NCBI GenBank assembly: GCA_964188305.1
Contig: OZ076892.1
Length of the DNA stretch: 64,000 nucleotides
Strand: one strand, 5' to 3'
Source of the DNA: Podarcis bocagei
Lineage: Eukaryota
Positions 34,873-47,529 of this stretch are shown here, piece by piece. The notes under the pieces were generated by a model. The model was not told the origin of the DNA. It saw only the letters and a list, made by a program, of their open reading frames with translations, and made no database searches. Positions within the stretch are counted from its first letter, which is position 1. Every line of letters starts with the position of its first letter. The position numbers and the translations under genes were made by a program.

Positions 34873-36733
34873 GTAATAATAATTGCAGATATGAAGAAGT
34901 GTGAATCTTGAAGGGTGCTGTGCATAGTTAAGCTATGGAATTCACTACTGTAGGGGGTTCATAATTTATTTTTTTTGTTCATATGGTGGCTCAGAAAATG
35001 CAAATCAAGTAGATTTGCATTAAATTATGAAATAATTTCTATCTCATTCACTACCTGGACCTTACAGGATAATCAGCTTGCTTAGAGTGGTTTGCTACAA
35101 AAAGGCAGGGGGTTGCAGACTGGGAGGCCCCCGCCTCTTATGCTCTTTGTAGCTGAAACCTGGAGATTAGGTGAGGAGGGACGGAGGGAACGTGTGCCCA
35201 TTCACCCTTCCAACAGACATCCTGCTACCAATTCCGATTACTTACTGATTCAGTCGTTGCTCCTGCCCCAACACCCTCCGGGAGGTGCCTCCACTTCCGA
35301 GGATGTGAAGCAGGCTTTCTGGAGCTCCGTTGCTATTGGCAACAGAGTTCGACATGTGTTTGAAGTGGAGCAAGTTCCGCCCCCACACGCTGATACTGAG
35401 AGAGCATCACTCTGTTGTGGGGAATGAACAGGAAAGGGCATGTATTTCAGGATATTCCCCTGGAGGGGAGAGTGTTGCTAGGCATTATCCCTGACTTTGA
35501 GAAAAATTGCAAGGTTTTTCCCCCCTCCCTCTTTTCTTTTTTCTTTTTAAAAACCCAATAACAACTTTCTTTTTATAAAACTTTACGAGAGTTCCTCTTG
35601 ATCAATAATACATGATGTATATAATCTTGGCTTCAGTACACAATGTTACATCTTGTTAGACATTATATCGTGTTACAGTGCACTTGTGTGCCATAAAAGA
35701 AGGCCGATGCCTCATAGAAGCACACAATTGGACACTCTTGGAAACCCAAAGCAATAATGTAGAGAGGAAGCTTTCCACTGTGTCCCTGGCTGAATCAGGG
35801 TTCTGGGCAAACTTCCTTACACTCAGCCTCTGGTGTGGGCAGTAAATGGTGAGCCAGTTCGATATAGCAGCTAGGGTGTCAGTCTGCGACCTGGGAGACC
35901 AGAGTTCAAATCTCCCGACTTGGCAATGAAGCTCCACTGGGTGACCTGGATTCCCAGTTGCTGCATCTCAGCCTAACCTACCTCACAGGGTTGTTGTGAG
36001 AGATTGAATGGAGAGGGAGGAGAACCGTGCATGCAACCTTGAACTCATTGGAGAAAAAAGCTGGTCTATGAATGCCATAAGTAAATGAAATAATAAAATT
36101 GTGTCTTCTTCAGCTGGTAGGGTGGGCTCATCCCTTAGACAAGGCTGCCTCTTGTGTGTCTGCATGAGTTGCTAGTTTACTATGGGAAGAGGATGGGCCT
36201 ATGGCCTGATCCAGCAGGGTTCTTATGCATCTGTAAAATGTGTGCAATTTCTTTCGTTGCCATTTCATTTTTAGCGCGCAAAATTTGGAAATAAGCCTAC
36301 AATAAAATGCAAGTGAGATGGAATGGAAATAATAAGCTGAACCATACATTTTTAGTGGTGGGGATGGGATGGACAGTGTACAGGATGCTCAAGCCGGAAT
36401 GAAATTGCACCCTCTGCACTGAGGGGTGGGTGGAATTACTTTGAATTGAAAGCGCTGGCAAAGTGGTCCCCAGCGATGCTCAGAAACCAACTTTTAAGGG
36501 CTTTCAAAACCCTTCCTCAAAGAAGATGAGGTGAGCTCAAAGTCTTCCTCATACCTTCTCCTTTGCAAGTGGGAAAACCGGCTTGGGGAATGCATGCCAA
36601 TTCATCAGGAATAATATGGGAGGCATGAGGGTTAGGGCAACCCCTCAGCTTGTTTTGACCCTTAGCCTCCCCATTTGGCCACAGGGGATAATGATAGTAA
36701 CTCACAACGAGCCACAATAGCTATGTTCTACCT

Positions 36734-36820
36734 CAGGCATAGGCAAACTTGGCCCTTCAGATGTTTTGGGACTACAGCTCCCATCATCCCTGACCACTAG
36801 GCTGAGTTTGCCTATGCCTG
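36734..36820. mobile_element. hAT-type MITE, internally deleted (87 bp)
   Basis: TIR CAGGCATAGGCAAACT / AGTTTGCCTATGCCTG; 8-bp TSD TTCTACCT. Confidence 0.9.
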
Positions 36821-37049
36821 TTCTACCTCCACTGTCAGAGGCAGCAGATACATCTGAATGCCAGTTTGCTGGGAGGGAGACACTGTAGCACTTGGTTCCT
36901 TGGACATCCTGTGAGAATAGGATACTGGACTTGAATAACTTTTGGACTGATCCAGCTACAGGATCTTCCTATGTTCTTAGGGTCACAGTATAGCCCATTC
37001 TACAACCAAATTCTACTCTTTTTGTTGACTAGGCTTTCACGTATTGTTC

Positions 37050-37510
37050 TTATTATTTATATCCTGTCTTGCCTCCTGATAGGAACTCAAGGTGGCTTAC
37101 AGACAAAACAGGTGTGGGGGGTGGGGATGGGGGTAGGAAAAAAACATCCTTAAAAAACAATTAAACAGTAATAGAATTAAAGGTTTAATAGAATTAAACA
37201 CACACACATAGAGTAAAAACATCATAGCCCCAGCACTTTCCTAAAAATCAGTGATTTTATTGGAACAAATCTTCACCTACCGGCTGGAGAACAAGGAGGG
37301 AGCCAGTCTGTTTTCTCGTGGAAGGGCATTCCAAAGTCTGGGGCCAGACACCAAGAAGGCCTTCTCTTGCATCTCCACCAAGCATGCCTTCGAAGTGGCA
37401 GGACTGGGAGAAGGGCCTCCTCCCCTGAAGAACTCAGAGCCTGGGCATGTTCATATGAGGGGAAACGGTCTTTCAGATAGCCTGGGTCTAAGTTGTATAG
37501 AGCTTTATAG
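37050..37510 (-). mobile_element. L2-clade LINE 3' fragment
   Basis: CTCAAGGTGGCTTAC 3'UTR; reverse translation gives EKAFLVSGPRLWNALPRENRLAPSL (L2 ORF2 C-terminus). Confidence 0.75.
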
Positions 37511-37882
37511 ACTTCCGAGGTCTATGAAAACAGTTGATGCCATAAGGCTACAGGCTCGACATTAGCCACTCCCTTGGTTGACTATATCAAATAAAACTGC
37601 TTCCATGCAAGTTCCTACGACTCTAAAGGTGTAGCCACCATAGCACTGCCCCATATTTAGACAGAGTTTAAGTGAGGGATTGAACTGGGGTGACAAATGG
37701 TGGGAATGCATGTGAGCCCCACACCCTGCAATCATTTCTATGCATGCTGACTCCTGTTCAGGGGAGGGGGGAATGGGTTCCTGTTGGAGCTGGAGTGGAG
37801 GGTGGGCATGTGGGGAGTAAATCTTGCATGCTCCCTTCTCCACAGGCAAAGCCCCTCACATATTTACTTGCATTCTTTTATA

Positions 37883-38240
37883 AAAAGGTAAACGTAAAGG
37901 GACCCCTGACCATTAGGTCCAGTCATGACCGACTCTGGGGTTGCGGCACTCATCTCGCTTTATTGGCCGAGGGAGCCAGTGTACAGCTTCCGGGTCATGT
38001 GGCCAGCATGAGTAAGCCACTTCTGGCGAACCAGAGCAGCGCATGGAAACGCCGTTTACCTTCCCGCCGGAGCGGTACCTATTTATCTACTTGCACTTTG
38101 ACGTGCTTTTGAACTGCTAGGTGGGCAGAAGCAGGGACTGAGCAACGGGAGCTCACCCCGTCACGGGGATTCGAACCGCCGACCTTCTGATCAGCAAGTC
38201 CTAGGCTCTGTGGTTTAACCCACAGTGCCACTCACGTCCC
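37883..38240 (-). mobile_element. Sauria SINE, full length
   Basis: Tail AAAGGTAAACGTAAAGGGACCCC, reverse-complement B box GGGATTCGAACC, head CACGTCCC; TSD TTCTTTTATA. Confidence 0.93.
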
Positions 38241-39064
38241 TTCTTTTATAGGGCTATGCAAATTGAGCCCGAGATGTGATGTGTAATCTACCATGCCACT
38301 GCCTGTGGTTGGCAATATTCATTTTGAGCTATTAACAATGTGTCCCGGGATGCTCACGGGTGCTTTCTTTGCTTGCTAACTGGTGCAGCCCATGGATTGT
38401 GTGGGTGAATGAAGGCATCACTTAGACCCAGCCCCCAGCCACATGTAAATTGGGTGTCCAGGGCTCATCCTGGTATGGGACCGCAAGTGTTACACATCCT
38501 CAAAAGCTTTCCCCTTTTGCCTCCTGTGAAATATTAGCTGGTATGGACCATTATGTGTTTCACCAAAATATCTCTTCTTTTCTCCAGCTGGGAAACACAA
38601 GCATCATTTTCTGCCCTCCCCCACCCCATCAGCCCTTTCAAAGGCCTGGAAAATGCTGTTTCTCTAATCTTCTCTGCAACCAAAATGATGTGCTCAGCAT
38701 CTCCAGATCCCCCTCCCCCTGCTTCTGCTGGTGTTTTCTAAGCAGATACCTCAGGTTGCTGCTAATTGATGTTTTACCCAAGGGTTAAGGTTTGGACAAA
38801 GGATAACCCTGCTGTTCCATACCAACATCTGACAGGTCTGAGTCACGAGGGGAGGGGGGAACCACGGCAATGCAATGCTTGAACCATCATCGACTGACCG
38901 CCGCTAATTGCAGTGGCATGCAGAGTGGCCCTGAGCAGACTCCTTTCCCGCTTGCTGACATCAGAAGGAGATGATCAGAGTTAATTTGCTGGATTGCAGA
39001 TAGGGAAGAGTAATGCTGAATTGCTCAGATTCTCGTTCCTCTCCTGCGCTGTGTAAGTCATCTC

Positions 39065-39535
39065 TGACTCTATTGTTATGAGAGAGGGAGAAAATAAACT
39101 TTTCCCTATCTGCTTTCTTGATGCCATGCATCATTTTATAAACTTCAATTGTGTTGCCTCTTAGTCACTTTTTCTCTAAACTATAAAGTCCCAAAACACT
39201 GCAACCTTTCCTTACCCAAGAGTGTCTCCATCCCCTTGATCATTTTGGTTGCTCTTTCCTGAACCTTTTCCAACTCTACAATATCCTTTCTGAGGCCAGG
39301 GCTCTACCTGGTATTCCAGGTGAGATTGCATCATGGATCATTTTAACGGCATGGTGATATCAGCAGTCTTATTCCTTTCCTAGTGCTCCCTTGCATGGAA
39401 TTTGCCGTTTTCACAGTTGCTGCACACAGGGTTGACATCTTCATCAGGTTATCTGCTGCACCCGCAAGGTCTCATTCCGGCTCATTCACTGCCAGCTCAG
39501 ACCTCATAAGCAAATATCTGAAACTAAGGTTTTCA
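39065..39535 (-). mobile_element. CR1 family B ORF2 fragment
   Basis: CATCCCCTTGATCATTTTGGTTGC..GAACCTTTTCCAACTCTACAATATCC reverse-translates as DIVELEKVQERATKMIKGM. Confidence 0.8.
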
Positions 39536-39863
39536 TGGCATTATATTTGCCACAAGGGGCAGCTGTTCACAGATCCCAGCAGTTATTGATTTTCAGCATG
39601 TGGGCACTAGGCCAGTATCAACCGGCCAGTATTGATCAGTATCATTGTTTGTGGTCGGGGGAAATAATAACACATGAATGCGCTTAAGATCTCAGGAAAG
39701 TATACATCCCCTTTCTTCAGAGGAGTGGGCTACGTAGGGTTTAATGCATACTTTCCTCCCAACAGTCCTGTGAGGTAGATAGGGGTGGGTGAAAATAACC
39801 TGTCTGAAACCAGTCAGTTAGCTTCATGGCTGAGCTGAGAGATGGTCTCCCATCTCCAGGTAC

Positions 39864-40140
39864 TTGTTTAGTCGTTTAGTCGTGTCTGACTCTTCGTGAC
39901 TCCATGGACCAGAACATGCCAGGCACTCCTGTCTTCCACTGCCTCCCGCAGTTTTGTCAAACTCATGTTGGTAGCTTCGAGAACACTATCCAACCATCTT
40001 GTCCTCTGTCGTCCCCTTCTCCTTGTGCCCTCCATCTTTCCCAACACCAGGGTCTTTTCCAGGGAGTCTTCTCTTCTCATGAGGTGGCCAAAGTATTCAA
40101 GCCTCAGCTTCACGATCTGTCCTTCCAGTGAGCGCTCAGG
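39864..40140 (-). mobile_element. Bov-B (RTE clade) LINE 3' fragment
   Basis: ORF 39868..40113 LRLEYFGHLMRREDSLEKTLVLGKMEGTRRRGRQRTRWLD...VHGVTKSQTRLND is the characteristic Bov-B C-terminus; short (ACGACTAA) tail. Confidence 0.92.
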
Positions 40141-40931
40141 AACTGTTCTATTTTCAAGCAGTGTTGGTCATCCTATTGTATGATATTCTGGACAACTAAA
40201 TGTGGTTTTGTTTTCAAATGGACAGGAGGTAGTGAAGACCACCAGCTTGGGTGTACAAAAGAGGATTGGACAAATTCATGGAGGAATGGGCTATTGATGG
40301 CTGCTAGTCATGACAGCTGTGCTCTGTCTCCACTGTTGAAGGCAGCAATACCTCTGAATATCAGTTACTGGAAGCTACAGGAGGGGATAGTTGCTCTTGC
40401 AGGTTTCCCAGAAGAGGTTTCCCAGTGGTTGGCCACTGGGAGAACAGGATGCTGTGCTAGATGGGTCATTGGCCTGATCCAGCAGGCTTTTCTCATGTTC
40501 TTATGCATGCTTTTTGATCTTCACAGTAATCCATATTTTTTCTCCCTGCATGCGATTGGATAAAACCTACAAAGCAGAATGGGATGGAGGCTGGCTTTGT
40601 GCATTGCCACGTTGCCTAGACACTGCTCCCAAGGACGCCTCTCCTGCCTCTTTCGTCCTTGTCAAGACTGAACCTTTGGTGCATTCAGTTGCTGACATTC
40701 ACAAAATTCCACCGAGAGCTGGTTGATGACATTGGTGCCACTACAGCACCAGAGATGGAGCGGGGAGTGTGGCACATCTAATTAAAATCAAAGTCAAAGA
40801 AAACCTGTTAAAGGGGAAATTTCAGGTGCCAGGGAAGGACAAAGACTTTTCCTTTTGATCCTTTATCTGAAACACTTCCTTTACGCTCTATAAAGCACAT
40901 TTGGATTCTGAAACTAATTGGCAGTCAGTGC

Positions 40932-41123
40932 CAGGGGTGCCAATCTGAATAAAATATTGGGGAAGCCCAGGTAAGCCCCACCCTGCATAATCGATCTCAT
41001 GATGCAGTACACACGCACCATGTGAATGGCAATGCCCATCAACTTTGGGGTGGCCTGGACCCCCTCAATTATTATTTTTTTTGGGGGGGGAGTTCCCTTG
41101 GCCCCTATGAGTTGGCTCCTGTG
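40932..41123. mobile_element. hAT-type MITE
   Basis: Imperfect TIR CAGGGGTGCCAA / TTGGCTCCTGTG; 8-bp TSD GTCAGTGC. Confidence 0.75.
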
Positions 41124-41144
41124 GTCAGTGCAGTTGGGCCAGGA

Positions 41145-41862
41145 TCAGTATTATTTGCTCAAACCATCTTGCCCCGGTGAGCAACCTAGCCACTGAATTC
41201 TGCACCAGCTGAAGTTTCCAAACTGTCTGCAGAGGCAGCCACACACAGAACACATTGCAGTAATTAACCTAGAGGTTACTAGAGCCTTGGCAGCAGAAGC
41301 TAGGCCACCCCTGTCCAGATAGGGGTCCAGCTAGGCTGCCAGTCAAATGGAAAGAACTCCACACCCTTGAGACCAGCTGAGCCTCAAGTGACAGTAATGG
41401 ATCCCCAAGTTGTGTACCCACTCCTTCAGAGGGAATATAACCACATCCCATACATCTGGCCTAAGGAACCACCCACTAATAGTCCCTCTGTCTTATTTGG
41501 ATTGAGCTTCAGTTGATTGGCTCTCATCCAGTCCATTGCAATGGTCCAGTAGATGTAAAGGAGAAGCAGAACTGTGTGTCATCAGTATATTTCTGACAAT
41601 GTACTCCAAAACTCTGGATGGCCCAACTCAGCAGTTTCATGTATATGCTAAGCAGCATGGGGGATAAAATTGAACCATGAGGAACCCCGCATGGAAGGCT
41701 CCACAGGGTGGAATGATGCTCCCCAAACATCACCCTCTGAAAACAACCATCCGAGTAGGACTGGAGCCACAGCAAGGCAGTGCTACCCACCTGCAACTCA
41801 TACAGCCTCTTCAGAAAGATGCCATGGCCAAATGGGGTCAAAAGCCACTGAACATCACACAA
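41145..41862 (-). pseudogene. L2-clade reverse transcriptase relic
   Basis: ORF 41524..41862 reads LLWLQSY..FQRV..CGVPHGSILSPMLLSIYM..YTDDTQ (degenerate GVPQGS and YADD motifs). Confidence 0.85.
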
Positions 41863-42412
41863 AAGTGCTGATTAACTTTCATGAGGACTTGTTCTTTAAA
41901 ATAATATTAATATTAATAATATAAGAAAAAATTGCAAACTGATATGGAAATGTGAAGAACTGATGAGTGGGGGGAAAAACACGAATCTGAAATTGACAGA
42001 TCCTCCCATCCTTAATTGTTCCCGCTGCAGCCCCCCTTCTCCCCCCACCAAAAAAGTGAGTAATTTTGACTTGGGTCTAAGAACAGACATGGCAAGGGAG
42101 GTTGAGTCTGAAGGTTACCCACCCAGTTAAACAGACCATCTTTATGGTCCTAGTATTTCCATGGATAATCCCATCTAGAGATGTGAGCAAAATCTGAATT
42201 ATTTGGGCACCTGCAAAATGTTACATAATTTGTCATTTCAGGTCCTCAACAAAGTGAATGCACATAGAGTGAAATTCCATGAGCTTTTGCAGGATTATGA
42301 TGCCCTGGACCATATTATTTTAACCCCCTTTTAGGCAATAATAAATCTTGCTATGTTAGCTTCACTTTACACAAGTAATCTCCATTCTGCATACACCCTT
42401 ATCATTTGTGTA

Positions 42413-42627
42413 CAATAAGCCTGCAACTTACGTGCATTTAACTTATGCACATTCAGCTTTATAAGCATGACTTTAAAAAAAAAGGGGAGTGGGAAAGGGG
42501 TGGGGTTCCAGGAAAAGTGTCTGGCATTTCCATCCACCGCTGAACCCAATGAGTTTTGACTTTACATGATTTTGGCTTTAGGTGCAATCCCTGGAACGTA
42601 ACCCCCATATCAGTTGCGAGCCTACTG
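42413..42627. mobile_element. Older Tigger-like MITE (second family)
   Basis: TA-CAATAAGCCTGCAACT ... AGTTGCGAGCCTACTG imperfect TIRs. Confidence 0.55.
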
Positions 42628-43329
42628 CATATTAAAATGATGTAAAATTACATAAATCAAAAGATGTCATCAGTTATGTGGCCCGAATTCAGGATGCAAG
42701 ACACATGTGAAAGTTTCTGCGAACACTTACGAAATCCTACAAAAAAGCATCGAATCACGAAAGGCAAGGTGCTGCAAAGCAGAGTGTGCTCAATAATTTG
42801 CAAAAAAAAAGCAAAGAGAGATGAAACCCATTATACCATGAGTCCTGCAATTTCTGAAGGCCGCTTAGCCAGCTTCACATTAAGTTGATCTGAAGTTTCA
42901 GGGCGATTCTCAGGCTGCTGATCTTGAGGCTCTAAGTGTGAGGTGACAGCTGTGCGCATCCCGCAAGATGCTCTCATTTGGTGCAGGAGGCTTTGCGTTC
43001 CGCGTGGAGACACCAGATGCTCGGAAATGGAGACTTGTCGGTCCCTCTTAATCTGGTCGGCTGAATAGTACGATTTGTTGTGTTCGTCTTCTTAAATTTA
43101 AAGAGAACTGTGCTTATTTAGGGCATGTATATTTTGCTGTTTTGAAACGGGCGGAGGGGAACATGCACCCCAAGGGCCAAATGCAACCCTCCAACCTTCT
43201 CTCCTTGGCCTCTGGGATTCTCTCTAAGGCTACACCTCTTGCCCCAGGCCCTACCCAATATGCCTTGCATTGCACCCCTGGCAAGTGCTTTTTCCTGGCT
43301 GGAAAGTGTCCATGGAAGATAGAAGGGTG

Positions 43330-43364
<35 letters not shown>

Positions 43365-43486
43365 AAATCTCTGGCTTCCCATAGCTGAAATCTGGCTTAT
43401 TGTGTAACAGCAAAAGTTGCATTGATTGCTCTGCCTACTTTTGACTCTGGGTCCACTCTCTTTGTTGCCTATGGCTCCACCTACTA

Positions 43487-43712
43487 CAGTGGTACCTTGG
43501 GTTAAGAACTTAATTCGTTCTGGAGGTCTGTTCTTAACCTGAAGCTGTTCTTAACCTGAAGCACCACTTTAGCTAATGGGGCCTCCTGCTGCCGCCGCAC
43601 CGCCGCTGCACAATTTCTGTTCTCATCCTGAAGCAAAGTTCTTAACCCGAGGTAATATTTCTGGGTTAGCGGAGTCTGTAACCTGAAGTGTATGTAACCC
43701 GAGGTACCACTG
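43487..43712 (+). mobile_element. TcMar (Tigger/pogo-like) MITE nested in an older hAT-Charlie-like relic (~43150-43775)
   Basis: CAGTGGTACCT...GAGGTACCACTG, TA TSD. Confidence 0.9.
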
Positions 43713-44965
43713 TATAGGCTTTTGGCCCCCAGAAGCTTGCTTGTGAAGCTGAGAAAAGCTGCCTCACCTCTCTGTTAGGATATCAATTTTTTAACATGTG
43801 CAATGACAGAATGATTCTTTATTTTTTCTTATTTTAACGTCTCAAAGATAACAGGGTTTTCTGAGCAGTATGGCATAGTAGAACATTAGCTTTGGGCTGT
43901 GATAGGTGTGCTGGTAACTGGGAAGAGTAGGGCAGCTTTCTCCAACCTCGTACCCCCCAGAGCTCCCATCAGGCCCAGACAACATGGCAAAGGGATATGG
44001 ACCGTGGGAGTTGAAGTTCAACAATATACAGATAGCACCAGGTTAGGAAATACTGCAGCAGGGTGTCAGAGAAAGGCACCGATACCAGAGGAGGGGTAGT
44101 CAAGAAACTGAGCATCCTTATTCAATTTATGCAAGGGCAACTGGGGCAAGAGGCAAAGCTCACATGGAATGCAGCAACATCTCCATTTCTGTTTGCACAA
44201 TCTGCCAGCCTGGACCTGCCAGGAGTCAACACTTTGCCTTAGGGAGAGAGAGAGGAGAGGGGAGGAATTTGATGCATTTTCCACTCAAAGCCAAGTCACA
44301 CTTCCTGAAACAAAATGAGAACTGAAACACAGCCATCCTTCAAAATCTGCACATATCTGAATTTTTCAATGCAGTTATTCAACCGAAGAAGGCTTTTAAA
44401 GATGCAGCTATATTAGGGGGAAACGTGCATAAAAATCAATCTATTAGTGAAAACAACATACAAAAATGCATTATATAATGAGGACATTTACTGCCGAAAT
44501 GTATAGATTAGTCAAACTCCACAGAAAAAGGTTTATTAGGAGCAATTTGACGCTGAATAATTTTAACAAGCATTATTTAAAAAGAAATTTGTAACTTGTT
44601 GAAGAAATGCAGATGAATTTCATGGTTATGCATGAGATGAGATGTTGATCCAGCAAGCTCCACCCCTCCTGCCTCTTTCTTTGAAGAGTGGGGCAGGCAC
44701 AAGCCTTAGTATAGCCATTGAGAGGTATTTCTTTTCTAGGCAAGCAAACAGGCACTTCCACCAATGGGTTGGGCATGTATAAGGTTTGCTCCTGTTGGCA
44801 CTGGTGTCTCTGTGTCCTTGTCAATGGAAGTGCCAGCTCAACATCAAACTTACTTTCAAGCACTTCTCACAAGCACCCTGCTGGGGCATCAGATTGGCCA
44901 CTCTGAAAACAGGATGCTGGACTACCTGGCCCCTACTTTAGCCTGATCCAGCAGGCTCTTTTATA

Positions 44966-45191
44966 CAGTGGTACCTCGGGTTAAGAACTTAATTTGTTCA
45001 GGAGGTCCATTCTTAACCTGAAACTGTTCTCAACCTGAGGTACCACTTTAGCTAATGGGGCCTCCCGCTGCCGCTGCGCCTCTGCCACGCAATTTCTGTT
45101 CTCATCCTGAAGCAAAGTTCTTAACCCGAGGTACTATTTCTGGGCTAGCGGAGTCTGTAACCTGAAGCGTCTGTAACTCGAGGTACCACTG
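44966..45191 (+). mobile_element. TcMar (Tigger/pogo-like) MITE
   Basis: CAGTGGTACCTCG...CGAGGTACCACTG, TA TSD, inserted in a CR1 family B tail. Confidence 0.92.
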
Positions 45192-45338
45192 TATTCTTAT
45201 GCTTTTGTGCTCAGGTCCTGCTTTTGAACTTGAGGGATCTGGCTGGCCACTGTGAGAACAGGATGTGGGTCTAGGTGGGCACCCTTTGGCCTCATCCAAC
45301 TGCAGGACCAATCTTAGCGTCTAAAGGTGGAATTACAG

Positions 45339-45851
45339 TTACAGATAGGTAGCCGTGTTGGTCTGCCATAGTCAAAATAAAAAAATTCCTTCCAGTAGCA
45401 CCTTAAAGACCAACTAAGTTAGTTCTTGGTATGAGCTTTCGTGTGCATGCACACTTCTTCAGATACACTGAAACAGAAGTTGCCAGATCCTTCTATATAG
45501 TGAGAAGGTGGGGAGGGGTATTACTCAGAAGGGTGGTGGGAATGGGAGATTGGCAGATAGCTGAGATGAGCCTGTTGACGACTCTTAACGACTGTAATAG
45601 GTCTTACAGGAAAAGGCAAGGGGTGAGAAGGTGAGAAATGGCTTAGTCATGTATAATGAGATAAGAATCCAATGTCTCTGTTCAGACCAGGTCTCTCCAT
45701 GGTTTTAAGTTTGGTAATGAGTTGCAATTCAGCAGCTTCTCTTTCCAGTCTATTTCTGAAATTCCTTTGTAGTAAAATAGCTACTTTGAGATCTTGTATA
45801 GAATGTCCTGGGAGATTGAAGTGTTCTCCTACTGGTTTCTCTGTTTTGTGA
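45339..45851 (-). mobile_element. Penelope-like retroelement 3' fragment (GIY-YIG endonuclease C-terminus plus pseudo-LTR)
   Basis: ORF 45647..45919 C-part KPVGEHFNLPGHSIQDLKVAIL..REAAE..LI..LKT..PGLNRD is the PLE GIY-YIG end; the 3' repeat carries a hammerhead motif. Confidence 0.9.
45429..45466 (-). ncRNA. Minimal type I hammerhead ribozyme motif
   Basis: Minus-strand RNA GUAU-CUGAAGA-A-GUGUG-CAUG-CACAC-GAAA-GCUC-AUAC: CUGANGA and GAAA boxes, stem I GUAU/AUAC, stem II GUGUG/CACAC, palindromic AGCU stem III, CUC cleavage triplet. Confidence 0.85.
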
Positions 45852-46964
45852 CTCTGTTTTGTGGAATTACAGGCAGACATGTGCAGTGGAAGCAAGAGGT
45901 GAACACGTGTTTCCACCACCTTCCTTTTCCTGGACTAATGGTGCTGATGGATAGCAGTCCATAGCGACTAATTGGAGAGGGTTGGTAGAATAGACACAGG
46001 TGCAGGCTTGTACATTTCATTTCTCAAAAAACCCAAACAAACTCCCAAGACCAGGTGCATAGCTTGCCTCCCCTGTCATGTTGTGACCACCTGGTGTGCT
46101 AATGGCATCACCCGCAAGCTCATTCAGGAACATAACTTTATTCAGTTGTGTGTGTGTGTGCTTTACAGTGTGTGAGGGAACTAATGAACATTCCCCTGTG
46201 TTGTCAGAGAAGAAGGATGTCCTGCGGTTTTTGGAACCTATTTGTGGCTTTCTTGCAAAACCTGGGCTGCGTACAGCAAATGATCTGCTTAAGATCTGCT
46301 GCCTTGGAATGGCAGAGAGAGGGGAGAATCAGGTCAGGAGTGATCTCTTGGTGTCCTGGTATGATTATTGCTATTAATAAGAGCAGCAGGGAGTCATCTG
46401 TTTCTCGCACACACCCGTTGGGCAAAGGGAAAAATAATGGTCAGGCCTGGGAAGACCGTCTGCCTAGGCTGATTAGGCTTGGTAGAAGCCAGCACAGGTG
46501 TTGCTGCTAATTGACATAATCAGTCCTGAAATGTGCTGAAATCAGGTGCTGGCTAGAGGAGAGAGGAACAGAAGTGAAGGTGGGATCACAGAAAGGATTG
46601 TCCCTTGAGAGGAAACCCTAGCCAAAGAATGGTGAACATCTGTGGGCCCCCAGATGTTGTCATGCTCCAAGTCCCACCAGCCAGCACGGCCAGCAGTTAG
46701 TAATGGTTGTGGTTGCTTATTGAATTTATTATGAGTGTTGTGGTTCAGGAATATCTGGATGGTTGAAGAATTTCCCACCCCAGCTCTAGATAATGGACTC
46801 CCAAGTCCCATTAGTCCCAGCCAGCATAGTCATGGGTCAGTGATGATTGGGAGTTGGAGTCAAATATCTGGATGCAAGTGCCTCATTTCATGAAATGCCC
46901 TGAGACCTCTGGGTATAGGGTGGCATACAAATTCTAATAATAATAATAATAATAATAATTAATA

Positions 46965-47250
46965 ATTGTAGAGCTGGAAGGGGCCCAAAGGGTCATCTAG
47001 CAATAAAATAAAATAAAATAAAATAAAATCCCTGTGATGCAGGAATCACACCTGAGGAATCCCTGACAGATAGCCATACAACCTCTGTTTCAAAACCACC
47101 AGTGAAGGAGAGAACACCAAGGGGGTCCATTCCACTGTCAAACAGCTCTTCCCATCAGAAAGCTCTTCCTAATATTTAGCCGGAGTTTCCTTTCTTGTAA
47201 TTTGAATCCATTGGTTCAAGGCTTCTCCTCTGGAGGAGCAGAATACAAGC
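46965..47250 (-). mobile_element. CR1 family A 3' fragment with inserted (AAAAT)n
   Basis: TGTAGAGCTGGAAGGGGCCCAAAGGGTCATCTAG..GCAGGAATCAC..TTTCTTGTAATTTGAATCCATTGG. Confidence 0.8.
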
Positions 47251-47486
47251 TGGTCAGTTTCATGGCTTAAAGCTGACTGCTGATGACACCCGGGCCTGTT
47301 GAGCAGGAGTCCCTGGAAGAACTTTTGGGTTGGAGAACTGTATCAAAAATTCAGAGAAACGTGAATTTTGAAGGAGAGCTGTGCTTTGGTTCACTTAGGT
47401 TTTGAAGTGTGCCTTAGATCTGTTTGCAGTAAATTGCAACCTGTACAAATTTATCCTCCACCCCTAGGCTGAGTGTGTTGGAATTT

Positions 47487-47487
<1 letters not shown>

Positions 47488-47528
<41 letters not shown>
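47488..47528. repeat. (GT)n microsatellite
   Basis: Perfect GT run of about 20 units. Confidence 0.97.

Positions 47529-47529
<1 letters not shown>

Noticed and set aside
39864-40140. Bov-B fragment as new evidence of horizontal transfer or contamination
   Set aside because: Bov-B is a well-known resident of squamate genomes; one truncated copy adds nothing new.
41958-41990. CTGATGA-GTG...CAC-GAA hammerhead-like string
   Set aside because: GAAT instead of GAAA, no stem I/III or cleavage triplet; lies in a decayed DNA-transposon end.
10845-45191. Recurring TAACCTGAAG units as a CRISPR-like array
   Set aside because: They are subterminal repeats of dispersed TA-flanked MITEs in a vertebrate genome; there are no spacers or cas genes.
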